IMG/VR virus record: IMGVR_UViG_3300032331_000666
Span: 1 to 52,318 of that record
DNA: 52,318 nucleotides
Reading direction: 5' to 3' (one strand)
From: a virus
Lineage: Duplodnaviria > Caudoviricetes
Positions 1 to 9,037 of the stretch are shown one piece after another. Below the pieces are notes generated by a model. The model was not told where the DNA came from. It ran no database searches and saw only the letters and a list, made by a program, of their open reading frames with translations. Every line of letters begins with the position of its first letter. Position 1 is the first letter of the stretch. The position numbers were made by a program, and so were the translations under genes.

Positions 1-285
1 AGACGATTAGAACGTGATGGGATTCCTACGGGATCTGATCAGTACTGGTCATCTATAGATACCGAGATGCGGAAAAGATTTCCAGAAAAATTTTCTGGCA
101 ATTCATCAGAGACCAAAGACTCTGTTAAGACCAAACCCTCAACGGTCGTAGCGCCTGCTACACGTTCTACATCCCCAAAAAAGATTAGACTGACGCAGAC
201 ACAATTAGCTTTGGCTAAAAAGTTCAAACTTTCTCCAGAGCAATATGCGCTGGAATTAACTAAATTGGAGTCCCAAAATGGCTGA
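1..285 (+). CDS. C-terminal part of putative capsid scaffolding protein (5' truncated by window)
   Basis: Frame is open from base 1 (RRLERDGIPTGSDQYWSSIDTEMRKRFPE...). Ends in LT.TQ.ALAKK..LS.EQYA, typical of scaffold-like proteins upstream of this capsid type. Confidence 0.6.
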   Translation, partial: RRLERDGIPTGSDQYWSSIDTEMRKRFPEKFSGNSSETKDSVKTKPSTVVAPATRSTSPKKIRLTQTQLALAKKFKLSPEQYALELTKLESQNG

Positions 286-724
286 AAATAGAATTCCCCG
301 TGAAGTAGATAACCGTCAACAGGATGAGCGCCCTAAACAGTGGCAAGCTCCTGAATTGTTACCAGAACCAGACAAACAAGCTGGCTTTGCGTACAGATGG
401 ATTAGAGTTTCAATGCTGAACTCAGCAGACCCACGCAATCTCAGTTCTAAACTTAGAGAAGGCTGGGAACCTGTTAGAGCAGAAGAGCAACCTAAATTTC
501 AACTGTTAGTTGATCCCGATAGTCGTTATAAAGACAACATTGAGATTGGCGGATTATTACTTTGTAAGACCCCTGTTGAAATGGTCGCACAAAGAACAGA
601 ATATTATGAGAAGCAAACGCAATCTCAAACAGACGCTGTTGATAATAATCTTATGCGTCAAAACGATCCTAGAATGCCTCTCTTTAATGAGCGAAAATCT
701 ACGACTAGTTTTGGCAAAGGTTAA
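278..724 (+). CDS. Conserved phage head-region protein
   Basis: YRWIR...REGWEPVR...GGLLLCK motifs; GGAG RBS; lies between scaffold and capsid genes. Confidence 0.7.
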   Translation: MAENRIPREVDNRQQDERPKQWQAPELLPEPDKQAGFAYRWIRVSMLNSADPRNLSSKLREGWEPVRAEEQPKFQLLVDPDSRYKDNIEIGGLLLCKTPVEMVAQRTEYYEKQTQSQTDAVDNNLMRQNDPRMPLFNERKSTTSFGKG

Positions 725-750
725 TTTTATTAATTTAAGGAGTTTTAAAT

Positions 751-1374
751 ATGGCTTATCCAACCATTGATAAACCCTATGGCTTTAAACCGATTCAACG
801 TTATGATGGTATTCCATACGCTGGCGCTACTTTACAGTATCCAATCAGCGGATCTTACAATACTGCAATTTATAACGGTGCTTCAGTTAAACTCGTAGCG
901 GGCGGTACAATAGAGTTATCTGGTGCTACAACTACAGGTACAATTATTGGCGTGGTAACTGGTTTTCAATATACCAATTCATCAGGTCAAACAGTTCAAG
1001 CTCAATACTATCCAGGTACTAGCGTAACTAACGCTATTGCTTATGTAGTGGTTGATGCTTCAGCTTCATTCAAAGTAGCAGTAACAACATCTGGCACAGC
1101 TGGCACAGTAACATATGCTAATGCAACTATCTTAGGTACTAACGTAGCTGAGATCCAAAACGGTACAGGTTCTACAACAACAGGCGATTCACAAGCATCT
1201 ATTGTTAAACCTGCTAACGGTGCTGGTGATACAACTACACTCCCATGGAGAGTTGTTGGTCTAGTTCCAGATACTGCATACTACGTTTCAACTACTTTAG
1301 TTTATCCTGAAGTAATTGTGAAGATTAACAACCCACAGTTGACTGCCCTTACAGGCACAACTTACACAGCTTAA
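751..1374 (+). CDS. Capsid decoration/minor head protein
   Basis: PYGFKP N-terminus, T/G/A-rich beta protein, AAGGAG RBS, directly before the major capsid gene. Confidence 0.6.
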   Translation: MAYPTIDKPYGFKPIQRYDGIPYAGATLQYPISGSYNTAIYNGASVKLVAGGTIELSGATTTGTIIGVVTGFQYTNSSGQTVQAQYYPGTSVTNAIAYVVVDASASFKVAVTTSGTAGTVTYANATILGTNVAEIQNGTGSTTTGDSQASIVKPANGAGDTTTLPWRVVGLVPDTAYYVSTTLVYPEVIVKINNPQLTALTGTTYTA

Positions 1375-1389
1375 CTAGGAGAATAAAAC

Positions 1390-2298
1390 ATGGCTATTTC
1401 ACGTGCACAGCTCCTTAAAGAGCTATTACCAGGACTTAATGCGCTATTCGGTTTAGAATATGCAACTTACGGTCAAGAACACAAAGAAATCTACGAAACA
1501 GAGACTTCTGAGCGTTCATTTGAAGAAGAAACAAAACTTTCAGGCTTTTCAGCAGCACCAGTTAAAAACGAAGGCACAGCCATCGCTTATGACAATGCTC
1601 AAGAAGCTTGGACAGCACGATACAATCACGAAACTATCTCCCTTGGCTTCAGCTTAACTGAAGAAGCTATTGAAGATAACTTATATGATTCATTATCTGC
1701 TCGTTACACAAAGGCTTTAGCAAGAGCTATGGCTTACACAAAACAAGTGAAGGCTGCTGCAGTTATTAATAACGGCTTCAGTTCTTCATACACAGGTGGT
1801 GATGGTGTTGCGTTATTCAGCACTGCTCATCCACTTGTTTCAGGTGGCGTTAATAGTAACACTCCAGCTACAGCAGCTGACTTGAACGAAACTTCATTGG
1901 AAAATGCAGTTATTCAAATCGCAGCTTGGACTGATGAGCGTGGTCTATTAATTGCAGCTAAACCTAAAAAACTTATCGTTCCACCAGCATTGCAATTCGT
2001 TGCAACTCGCTTATTGGAAACTGAGTTACGTGTTGGTACTGCTGACAATGATATCAATGCTATTAAGAACAATGGCTCTATCCCAGAAGGTTATACAATT
2101 AACCACTTCTTGACAGACGCTAATGGTTGGTACTTAACAACTGACGTTCCTAATGGTATGAAACACTTTGTTCGTACTCCATTAAGTAATTCAATGGACG
2201 GTGACTTTGACACAGGTAACGTACGTTATAAATCACGTGAACGTTATTCATTCGGTTGGTCAGATCCGTTAGGTATGTTCGGTTCACCAGGTGCTTAA
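1390..2298 (+). CDS. Major capsid protein (Mu gpT-like)
   Basis: MAISRAQLLKELLPGLNALFGLEY start, SERSFEEE, EEAIEDNLY, YKSRERYSFGWSD end; AGGAG RBS; followed by a terminator. Confidence 0.9.
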   Translation: MAISRAQLLKELLPGLNALFGLEYATYGQEHKEIYETETSERSFEEETKLSGFSAAPVKNEGTAIAYDNAQEAWTARYNHETISLGFSLTEEAIEDNLYDSLSARYTKALARAMAYTKQVKAAAVINNGFSSSYTGGDGVALFSTAHPLVSGGVNSNTPATAADLNETSLENAVIQIAAWTDERGLLIAAKPKKLIVPPALQFVATRLLETELRVGTADNDINAIKNNGSIPEGYTINHFLTDANGWYLTTDVPNGMKHFVRTPLSNSMDGDFDTGNVRYKSRERYSFGWSDPLGMFGSPGA

Positions 2299-2316
2299 TT
2301 AAGCATTTGATGATGG

Positions 2317-2346
2317 AAAAGGCTCTCTTCGGAGGGCCTTTTTTAT
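2317..2346 (+). terminator. Intrinsic terminator after the capsid gene
   Basis: AAAAGGCTCTC-TTCG-GAGGGCCTTTTTT: UUCG-loop hairpin plus U tract. Confidence 0.9.
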
Positions 2347-2405
2347 TTGCCAGTAAGCGTGAAAATACTACCGTTTACAGGCAAAAGTATTGTAAAATAA
2401 ACATA

Positions 2406-2463
2406 TCCAGGAACTACCTGGTTTATTAGACTGTCCTGGCAGACGCATATAAGACTAATAAAC
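2406..2463 (+). ncRNA. Structured RNA, candidate Mu-gpT-DE (Mu-like gpT downstream element) motif
   Basis: 9-bp stem GTTTATTAG(2421-29)/CTAATAAAC(2455-63) enclosing a CTGT-CCTG-GCAG hairpin; CCAGGA(2407-12) is complementary to TCCTGG(2434-39); located just downstream of a gpT-like capsid gene. Confidence 0.6.
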
Positions 2464-2489
2464 TTAACTTTATATGAAGGAAAATTATT

Positions 2490-2963
2490 ATGTCATCAAC
2501 AACCTTTTCGGGTCCAGTGACCTCTACAGCTGGTTTTATTACTGGCACAGGCGTTAATTCAACAGTTACAGCATCAACATTAACAGTAACAGCATCTGCA
2601 TACAATGGTCAAACAATCAACCTAAGCCGTGCAGCTGGTATCACAGTTACTCTTCCAGCAGCTACAGGTTCAAACGCTGTTTACAGATTTGAAGTTGCAA
2701 CATCTGTTACATCTAACAGTTACAAAATTCAAGTAGCTAACTCAACAGACGTTATGAATGGCTTCTCATCAGTTGCTGGTACTACAGGTACTGTATTCAG
2801 CACTCTTCCAGCTTCAGATACAATCACAATGAATGGTTCTACAACAGGTGGTTTAATTGGTTCATACGTTCAAATAACTGACCTTGCAACTGGTTATTAT
2901 TTAGTACAAGGATCTTTAGTAGGTTCTGGTACACCAGCTACACCATTTAGCGCAGCTGTTTAA
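2490..2963 (+). CDS. Virion structural protein (head fibre/decoration-like)
   Basis: MSSTTFSGPV start, ITVTLPAATGS, TPATPFSA end; S/T/G-rich. Confidence 0.6.
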   Translation: MSSTTFSGPVTSTAGFITGTGVNSTVTASTLTVTASAYNGQTINLSRAAGITVTLPAATGSNAVYRFEVATSVTSNSYKIQVANSTDVMNGFSSVAGTTGTVFSTLPASDTITMNGSTTGGLIGSYVQITDLATGYYLVQGSLVGSGTPATPFSAAV

Positions 2964-2972
2964 TTAATCACT

Positions 2973-2992
2973 GGGGGCACTTAGCCCCCTTT
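2973..2992 (+). terminator. Hairpin, weak terminator
   Basis: GGGGGC-ACTTA-GCCCCC followed by TTT. Confidence 0.55.
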
Positions 2993-3012
2993 ATAACCCA
3001 AGGAGATTAATT

Positions 3013-3525
3013 ATGGCAATGCAATATGATGTAAAACAAGGTCACATAGATCAAAGCGGCTATCTAGTAAAATTTGCAACTAGAGTTAAAGGCGTGTCAT
3101 ATGTAGGCACGGCTACTGCTGGATTTGTAGTTTTATTTGATACATTAACAACGCCAGTTTCATCTAGTGTTACTTATGGCAGATCTGGTACAACTGTAAC
3201 TGTAACTAAAGTAGCTCATGGATTAAGTACAGGAGATAAAATTGGTATTCATTTTGAATCTGGTACAGGTGGTGCAGCAACTGATGGTAACTACACAATA
3301 ACCAGATTAACTGCAGATACATTTACGCTTACAGATATTAATACTGGAACAATTACTGCATCACCAACAGCAGTATATTCTACAAAATGGCTATTAACTT
3401 ATAATTCTTCTGCAGCTGATACATATAATAATGCTCCAATTATCCCAGGCGAAGGTGTGCGTGTAGATAATGGCGTTTATGCTTATATGGTTAACATAGA
3501 AGCTACTCAAATATTTTACGGATAA
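3013..3525 (+). CDS. Virion protein with inserted small beta domain
   Basis: Internal VTVTKVAHGLSTGDKI...GNYTITR...DTFTL module; IPGEGV C-terminal motif; AAGGAG RBS. Confidence 0.55.
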   Translation: MAMQYDVKQGHIDQSGYLVKFATRVKGVSYVGTATAGFVVLFDTLTTPVSSSVTYGRSGTTVTVTKVAHGLSTGDKIGIHFESGTGGAATDGNYTITRLTADTFTLTDINTGTITASPTAVYSTKWLLTYNSSAADTYNNAPIIPGEGVRVDNGVYAYMVNIEATQIFYG

Positions 3526-3528
3526 TAT

Positions 3529-3750
3529 ATGAGCGCAGAACGTGAAGTTATAGAACACGGTGTAGAAATTAAACATATACAATCAGATGTGGATAGTATT
3601 ATGGAAGATATGGAACAGCTAAAAGCTCGTCTTGATAGTATTGAAAAAACACTAGAAGAGATTAAAGGTGGCTGGAAAGTATTTATTGCTATCGCTACTG
3701 TTATTTCAGGCGTTATAAGCTGGATGGTAACTCACTGGTTAGGTAAATAA
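3529..3750 (+). CDS. Small coiled-coil protein with C-terminal TM helix
   Basis: Heptad region followed by hydrophobic VFIAIATVISGVISWMV. Confidence 0.6.
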   Translation: MSAEREVIEHGVEIKHIQSDVDSIMEDMEQLKARLDSIEKTLEEIKGGWKVFIAIATVISGVISWMVTHWLGK

Positions 3751-4136
3751 TGCCAAGCAAATCTAAAGCACAACATAAACTTATGAATGCAGTAGCTCAT
3801 AACGCTAAGTTTGCTAAAAAGGTTGGTATCCCTCAATCAGTAGGTAAAGATTTTGCAGAAGCTGATAAAGGTAAGAAGTTTAAAAAAGGTGGTGTATCAT
3901 TAGCTGTTGGACGTGGTGAGAAATTGCCAGTATCTAAAGGTGCTGGATTAACTGCCAAAGGCCGTGCTAAATATAACGCTGCTACAGGATCAAATTTAAA
4001 AGCTCCACAACCAGAAGGCGGTGCTCGCAAGAGATCTTTCTGTGCAAGAATGTCTGGAATGCCTGGACCTATGAAAGATGAAAAAGGCAGGCCTACTAGA
4101 AAAGCAGCTTCTCTTAAACGATGGAAATGTAACTAA
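3750..4136 (+). CDS. Basic virion/core protein (DUF6321-like C-terminal half)
   Basis: GLTAKGRAKYN...LKAP...RKRSFCARM...RWKC; very K/R-rich; TAATG coupling. Confidence 0.6.
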   Translation: MPSKSKAQHKLMNAVAHNAKFAKKVGIPQSVGKDFAEADKGKKFKKGGVSLAVGRGEKLPVSKGAGLTAKGRAKYNAATGSNLKAPQPEGGARKRSFCARMSGMPGPMKDEKGRPTRKAASLKRWKCN

Positions 4137-4145
4137 GGAATTAAT

Positions 4146-4535
4146 ATGAAAAAGAAATCAACCAATCCAAGAATGGCTATGATGATGGGACGTGCAATGA
4201 GACGACCAGCACTAGCTGCAAGCCCAGCAGTAGCTCAACCAGCTATTAATCCAATGGCTGCTATGGCTGCTCCAACAATGCCAACTATGAAAAAAGGTGG
4301 AAAAACTATGAAATCAGATATGAAAGAAGATACAAAAATGGACATGGCTCAAGACAAAGCTATGATCAAAAAAGCTATGAAGCAACATGATATGCAAGAA
4401 CACAAAGGTGGTAAAGGCACTAAGTTATCCCTTAAATCAGGCGGTAAATGTTACGCTTCTGGTGGCAAAGCATCTCAATTAGCAAAAGCTAATGGCATTG
4501 CTGTTCGTGGTAAAACTCGTGGAAAGATTATTTAA
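4146..4535 (+). CDS. Basic Met/Lys-rich phage protein
   Basis: AAGGA RBS; MKKGGK, YASGGK, ANGIAVRGKTRG motifs. Confidence 0.6.
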   Translation: MKKKSTNPRMAMMMGRAMRRPALAASPAVAQPAINPMAAMAAPTMPTMKKGGKTMKSDMKEDTKMDMAQDKAMIKKAMKQHDMQEHKGGKGTKLSLKSGGKCYASGGKASQLAKANGIAVRGKTRGKII

Positions 4536-4537
4536 TC

Positions 4538-4810
4538 ATGGCAGATAAAGACAAAGCCCCCACACAAGCTGACTATGATAAAGCTTGGGAAGATGTAAAG
4601 AAAAATCCCAAATCAGCCCCTAAGTTTATTGATGGTATGCCTCCTAAAGAAACTCCTGACATTAAAAAAGGTTTATTAGAAGGATTAAAAGGCTATTCAC
4701 CAAGCAAAGAAGTTAAAAAGTTTGATGATAATTATAAACAAGGTGGCAAAGTATCTTCAGCCTCTAAACGTGCAGATGGTTGCGCCATTCGTGGAAAGAC
4801 AAGAGCATAA
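4538..4810 (+). CDS. Small phage protein with YKQGGKV...RADGCAIRGKT tail
   Basis: Shares its C-terminal motif with the preceding ORF. Confidence 0.6.
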   Translation: MADKDKAPTQADYDKAWEDVKKNPKSAPKFIDGMPPKETPDIKKGLLEGLKGYSPSKEVKKFDDNYKQGGKVSSASKRADGCAIRGKTRA

Positions 4811-5058
4811 TGAGAACTTCTCGTGGTATGGGCGATATTGCACCATCTAAAATGCCTAAAGGTAAAAAGAAAGCCCGTAGAGATGATACGGACTTTACTC
4901 AATACGCTAAAGGTGGCAAGGTCGGCCTCTATGCCAATATTCACGCTAAGAAGGCACGTATAGCTCAAGGTTCTGGTGAGAAGATGCGTAAGCCTGGCTC
5001 TAAAGGTGCGCCAACCGCAAAACAATTCAAACAAGCTGCTAAAACAGCTAAGAAATAG
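4810..5058 (+). CDS. Basic phage protein
   Basis: Likely start MRTSRGMG at the TAATG overlap (4810); GLYANIHAK...MRKPGSKGAPT motif. Confidence 0.6.
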   Translation: MRTSRGMGDIAPSKMPKGKKKARRDDTDFTQYAKGGKVGLYANIHAKKARIAQGSGEKMRKPGSKGAPTAKQFKQAAKTAKK

Positions 5059-5066
5059 GGGTATAT

Positions 5067-5132
5067 ATGATTAAGAAATTTGTGAAAAAACTTATCAAGA
5101 AGCTTAAGAATTTGCGTATTCTGCAAAAATAG
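5067..5132 (+). CDS. 21-aa cationic amphipathic peptide MIKKFVKKLIKKLKNLRILQK
   Basis: AGGGG RBS 5 nt upstream; fills the gap between two operon genes. Confidence 0.5.
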   Translation: MIKKFVKKLIKKLKNLRILQK

Positions 5133-5139
5133 GTAAACA

Positions 5140-6087
5140 ATGGCCTCAACTACAGGAACCACCCTATTTAATCTAAACATGAATGACCTCATTGAAGAGG
5201 CATTTGAGCGCTGTGGTTTAGAGTTAAGATCAGGTTACGATTTTAGAACTGCTAGACGATCACTTAATCTATTAACAATTGAGTGGGCTAATCGTGGTAT
5301 TAACCTTTGGACAATTGAAGAAGGTCAAATACAAATGGCTACAGGCCAGATTACCTATGCTCTTCCAGTAGATACTATTGATTTATTAAGTATGATTACT
5401 AGAACTGGTAATGGTGGACCTAACCAACAAGACATTAATATTAATCGTATATCAGAAGATACTTATTCTACGATTCCAAATAAATTAGCTACAGGCCGTC
5501 CTATCCAAGTATGGATTAATAGACAGTCTGGTATGTCTAACACAAGCACTGTATATCTAGCAGCTTCTATTAGCTCTACAGACACTACTATTACATTAAG
5601 CACCGTATCAGGTATTGCAGCGGCTGGGTTTATTCAAATAGATAATGAAATTATTTACTATCCAAATGTAGATAGCACAAACAATCAATTATTAAATTGT
5701 GCTCGTGGTCAAAACAATACAACAGCAGCAGCTCATGTAGCTACTACAACACCACGCAACTACATTACTATACAAAACTTACCAAGCGTCAATGTATGGC
5801 CTAGCCCTAACTCTCCTGGCAATCAGTATACGTTTGTATATTGGAGAATGCGTAGAGTACAAGATGCTGGCACTGGCGTAACAGTTAATGATATTCCATT
5901 TAGATTCTTACCATGTATGGTAGCTGGATTAGCTTATTACTTAGCTATTAAATCCCCTGCAGTAGATCCTAATAGAGTAGCATTCTTACAGTCTGACTAT
6001 GAAAAACAATGGGATCTAGCATCTCAAGAGGACAGAGAAAAGGCACCAATTAGATTTGTGCCTAGAAATATGTCTTATATAAGGTAA
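5140..6087 (+). CDS. Head-tail adaptor/tail tubular protein A-like, with inserted domain
   Basis: IEEAFERCG, ARRSLNLL..EWANRGINLWT, DIPFRFLPCMVAGLAYYL motifs. Confidence 0.7.
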   Translation: MASTTGTTLFNLNMNDLIEEAFERCGLELRSGYDFRTARRSLNLLTIEWANRGINLWTIEEGQIQMATGQITYALPVDTIDLLSMITRTGNGGPNQQDININRISEDTYSTIPNKLATGRPIQVWINRQSGMSNTSTVYLAASISSTDTTITLSTVSGIAAAGFIQIDNEIIYYPNVDSTNNQLLNCARGQNNTTAAAHVATTTPRNYITIQNLPSVNVWPSPNSPGNQYTFVYWRMRRVQDAGTGVTVNDIPFRFLPCMVAGLAYYLAIKSPAVDPNRVAFLQSDYEKQWDLASQEDREKAPIRFVPRNMSYIR

Positions 6088-6089
6088 TT

Positions 6090-6518
6090 ATGGCTACCAA
6101 GTATTCAAGCGGTAAACACTCCATTGCCGAATGTGATCGTTGTGGTCAACGCTATAAGCTTTCAGAATTAAGAAAACTTATACTTAAAACAAAACAAATT
6201 AGCGTTAAGGTTTGTCCAGAATGCTGGGAACCAGATCAACCACAGTTATTATTAGGTATGTATCCTGTGAATGATCCACAAGCAGTTCGTGAACCAAGAC
6301 CAGATGTATCCTATCAAATATCTGGTAATACAGGTTTACAAATTGGATTAAATAATTCTAACAATATTCAAGATAATGGTTACCCTCAAGATGGTAGCCG
6401 TCAAATTGAATGGGGTTGGAATCCAGTAGGTGGAGCAAGTTACTTTGATACTTTATTAACGCCTAACCACCTTATAAGTAATGTTATAATAGGCGATGTA
6501 ACAATTGTCACAACTTAA
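6090..6518 (+). CDS. Conserved phage protein with CxxC...CxxC Zn ribbon
   Basis: ECDRCG...VCPECWEPDQPQL...DPQAVREPRPD. Confidence 0.7.
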   Translation: MATKYSSGKHSIAECDRCGQRYKLSELRKLILKTKQISVKVCPECWEPDQPQLLLGMYPVNDPQAVREPRPDVSYQISGNTGLQIGLNNSNNIQDNGYPQDGSRQIEWGWNPVGGASYFDTLLTPNHLISNVIIGDVTIVTT

Positions 6519-6532
6519 TTAGGAGAAATAAA

Positions 6533-6727
6533 ATGGCATTTCGTAAAGCAGCTGATGGTATTACTAAACAAGGTAAAACTAAAGGCAAAAATCTAGGTGA
6601 TTCAGGACCAATAGCTGGTATTCAATCTGGTAAAGGTTCTAAGGGTGCTTCTTCAGTAACTTCATTATCTATGAAGAAACTTGGACGCAATTTAGCAAGA
6701 GCAATGAATCAAAAAAAAGGTAAATAA
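6533..6727 (+). CDS. Small basic phage protein
   Basis: AGGAG RBS; ADGITKQGKTKG, MKKLGRNLARAMNQ. Confidence 0.6.
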   Translation: MAFRKAADGITKQGKTKGKNLGDSGPIAGIQSGKGSKGASSVTSLSMKKLGRNLARAMNQKKGK

Positions 6728-6729
6728 TC

Positions 6730-7062
6730 ATGACTACAGAACGCAAAGTTCCAGTGACACCAGCAGAATCTTATCCTTTAGGTAATGCTAAAGAGAATAA
6801 AGATGCTAGTGCATATACTGGATTTAAATATCCATCTGGCGGTGGTGATGACATTGGTGTTTATAAACAACCTATGGATAATCCAAATGGCACAGAGCAA
6901 AATGCAGTAGCTATGCCTGGCAACGGAATAGATAGAATGAACATTTCTGTTGGTGGCGTAAGCAAAGGTAACTATGCAGAAGTAAACCCATATGGCGTTA
7001 AAGAAATGCGTGGTTATGGTGCAGCTACTAAAGGTCGTAAGATTAGCGGTAAACAAGGCTAG
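6730..7062 (+). CDS. Phage protein with MRGYGAATKG C-terminus
   Basis: In-operon ORF with a conserved-looking basic tail. Confidence 0.55.
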   Translation: MTTERKVPVTPAESYPLGNAKENKDASAYTGFKYPSGGGDDIGVYKQPMDNPNGTEQNAVAMPGNGIDRMNISVGGVSKGNYAEVNPYGVKEMRGYGAATKGRKISGKQG

Positions 7063-7064
7063 TA

Positions 7065-7985
7065 ATGAACTACGTTCAACTGTATCAATCAATTCAGGAT
7101 TATGCGGAAACTACGGAACAATTATTCGTAGCTAATATACCTCGTTTTGTTCAAGAAGCTGAAGAACGTATTTATAACTCAGTTCAAATACCTGCGTTGC
7201 GTAAAAACGTAACAGGTACTTTGACATCTGGCAATAAGTACTTATCACTTCCAAACGATTGGTTATCTACATACTCTTTTGCAGTGATTAATACAGATGG
7301 CACATATGAATATCTTTTAAACAAAGATGTAAACTATATCCGTCAAGCTTTTCCTAGCCCTACTTCAACAGGACTGCCAACGCATTATGCATTATTTGGA
7401 TCTCAATACAGTGATATTAATGAATTGTCATTGATTTTAGGTCCTACACCAGATGCTAGTTATAATGCTGAATTGCATTATTTTTACTATCCACCTACTA
7501 TTGTGCAGGGGCAAATTTCATTAATAGCCATAACTACAGTAGGATCATTATATGTTCCTGGCGTATATGAAAATGTATCATTAACTGGAGGATCTGGATC
7601 TGGATCTACAGCTACTATTGTAGTGAACTCTTCTGGTGCAGTAAGCTCAGTGACTTTAAATGAAGGCGGTCAGTTTTATGTTGTAGGTAATATATTAAGT
7701 GCCGCTACAGCAAGTTTAGGTGGTGCTGGTTCTGGTTTTACAGCAACTGTAACCGCAATATCTAATACAAAAGGCACTTCATGGTTAGGTGATAACTATG
7801 ATCCAGTTTTATTTTATGGCGCTATGCGTGAAGCTATGATCTTCCAAAAACAAGAGCCAGACGTAATCAAAAATTACGAAGATAAGTATCAAGAAGCTAT
7901 GCAACAACTTAAACGTCTTGGTGATGGCCTTGAAAGAGGCGATGCATACCGTGATGGTCAGACTAAACTTAGGGTTAATTCATGA
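7065..7985 (+). CDS. Second head-tail adaptor-like protein, with Gly-rich insert
   Basis: MNY.QL...IQDY.E, FVQEAEERI, LGPTPD..Y..ELHY, DAYRDG motifs. Confidence 0.7.
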   Translation: MNYVQLYQSIQDYAETTEQLFVANIPRFVQEAEERIYNSVQIPALRKNVTGTLTSGNKYLSLPNDWLSTYSFAVINTDGTYEYLLNKDVNYIRQAFPSPTSTGLPTHYALFGSQYSDINELSLILGPTPDASYNAELHYFYYPPTIVQGQISLIAITTVGSLYVPGVYENVSLTGGSGSGSTATIVVNSSGAVSSVTLNEGGQFYVVGNILSAATASLGGAGSGFTATVTAISNTKGTSWLGDNYDPVLFYGAMREAMIFQKQEPDVIKNYEDKYQEAMQQLKRLGDGLERGDAYRDGQTKLRVNS

Positions 7986-8407
7986 TAACGCAAACCGCTT
8001 GCACAGTCTTTAAGTCTAATATGCTTAAAGGTCTTGAGAACTTTAATGCAGGTACGCCATATACGTACAAAATAGCACTCTATAACGCATTAGCAAACTT
8101 AGATGATGCTACCCTAGCCTATACTACAGATAATGAGATTACGGGCTCAGGATACACTGCTGGAGGGGTAAATTTAACCCCTACTACAATACTTTCAAAC
8201 ACAGAAGATAATACTGCTTATGTGTCTTTTTCTAATGTAGTTTGGAGCCCAGCAAATTTTACTTGCAGGGGTGCTTTAGTTTATAATAGCACTACAAATG
8301 CAGCAGTTTTTGTATTAAATTTTGGTTCTGATAAGACGGCTACTACAAGTTTTACAGTACAATTTCCAACGGCAAATTCAACCAGTGCCATTTTAAGAAT
8401 CAGTTAA
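7982..8407 (+). CDS. Tail/tail-fibre attachment protein
   Basis: KIALY...GYTAGG...RGALVYN...VLNFGSDK motifs. Confidence 0.65.
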   Translation: MITQTACTVFKSNMLKGLENFNAGTPYTYKIALYNALANLDDATLAYTTDNEITGSGYTAGGVNLTPTTILSNTEDNTAYVSFSNVVWSPANFTCRGALVYNSTTNAAVFVLNFGSDKTATTSFTVQFPTANSTSAILRIS

Positions 8408-8416
8408 GGAGTTATT

Positions 8417-9028
8417 ATGCATAAAGAAAAACAAGGTTTTGGAGACCAAGCTACCATCACATTAAATGCTGGTGCAAATTCCAATGAAGTATTAGGTGTT
8501 GAAGGACACTACCATGTTGTATGTCACGATAAAGATGGCAATTTAAAATGGGAAGAAAAGTTTCCTAACTTAGTTGTTGCTGCAGGTAAACAATTATTAT
8601 TAGATACTTTACTCCGTACAACTGGTACATATACAACAGTTGGACCATTCTTAGGTCTTACTAAAGTATCATTAACACCAGCAGCTACAGACACAATGAC
8701 TACATTGGTAACTACTAATGCAGCTGAGTTTACTAACTATACATATGGTGGATCAGCAGTTCGTGGTACAGCTACATTTACGGCTGCAACTTCAACGGGT
8801 ACAACACCATCTAACGTTACAACTTCAGCAGCAGGTGCTTTGACTTACACCATTACAGGTGCAGGCGGTACAGTTTATGGTTGCTTCTTAGTTACAGGTT
8901 CTGGTGCTGTAAATACACAAAGCTCAACAGCAGGTACTTTATACAGTGAAGGTAATTTTGCAACAGCTAAGGTAACAACAGCTGGCGATACAGTTTCAGT
9001 TACATACTCAACAACAGCTACTAGTTAA
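8417..9028 (+). CDS. Tail protein
   Basis: DKDGNLKWE...NLVV..GK...GDTVSVTY; T-rich. Confidence 0.6.
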   Translation: MHKEKQGFGDQATITLNAGANSNEVLGVEGHYHVVCHDKDGNLKWEEKFPNLVVAAGKQLLLDTLLRTTGTYTTVGPFLGLTKVSLTPAATDTMTTLVTTNAAEFTNYTYGGSAVRGTATFTAATSTGTTPSNVTTSAAGALTYTITGAGGTVYGCFLVTGSGAVNTQSSTAGTLYSEGNFATAKVTTAGDTVSVTYSTTATS

Positions 9029-9037
9029 GGAGCTTAA

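Noticed and set aside
2292-2305. Palindrome TGCTTAATTAAGCA over the capsid stop codon
   Set aside because: Single AT-rich occurrence with no supporting context.
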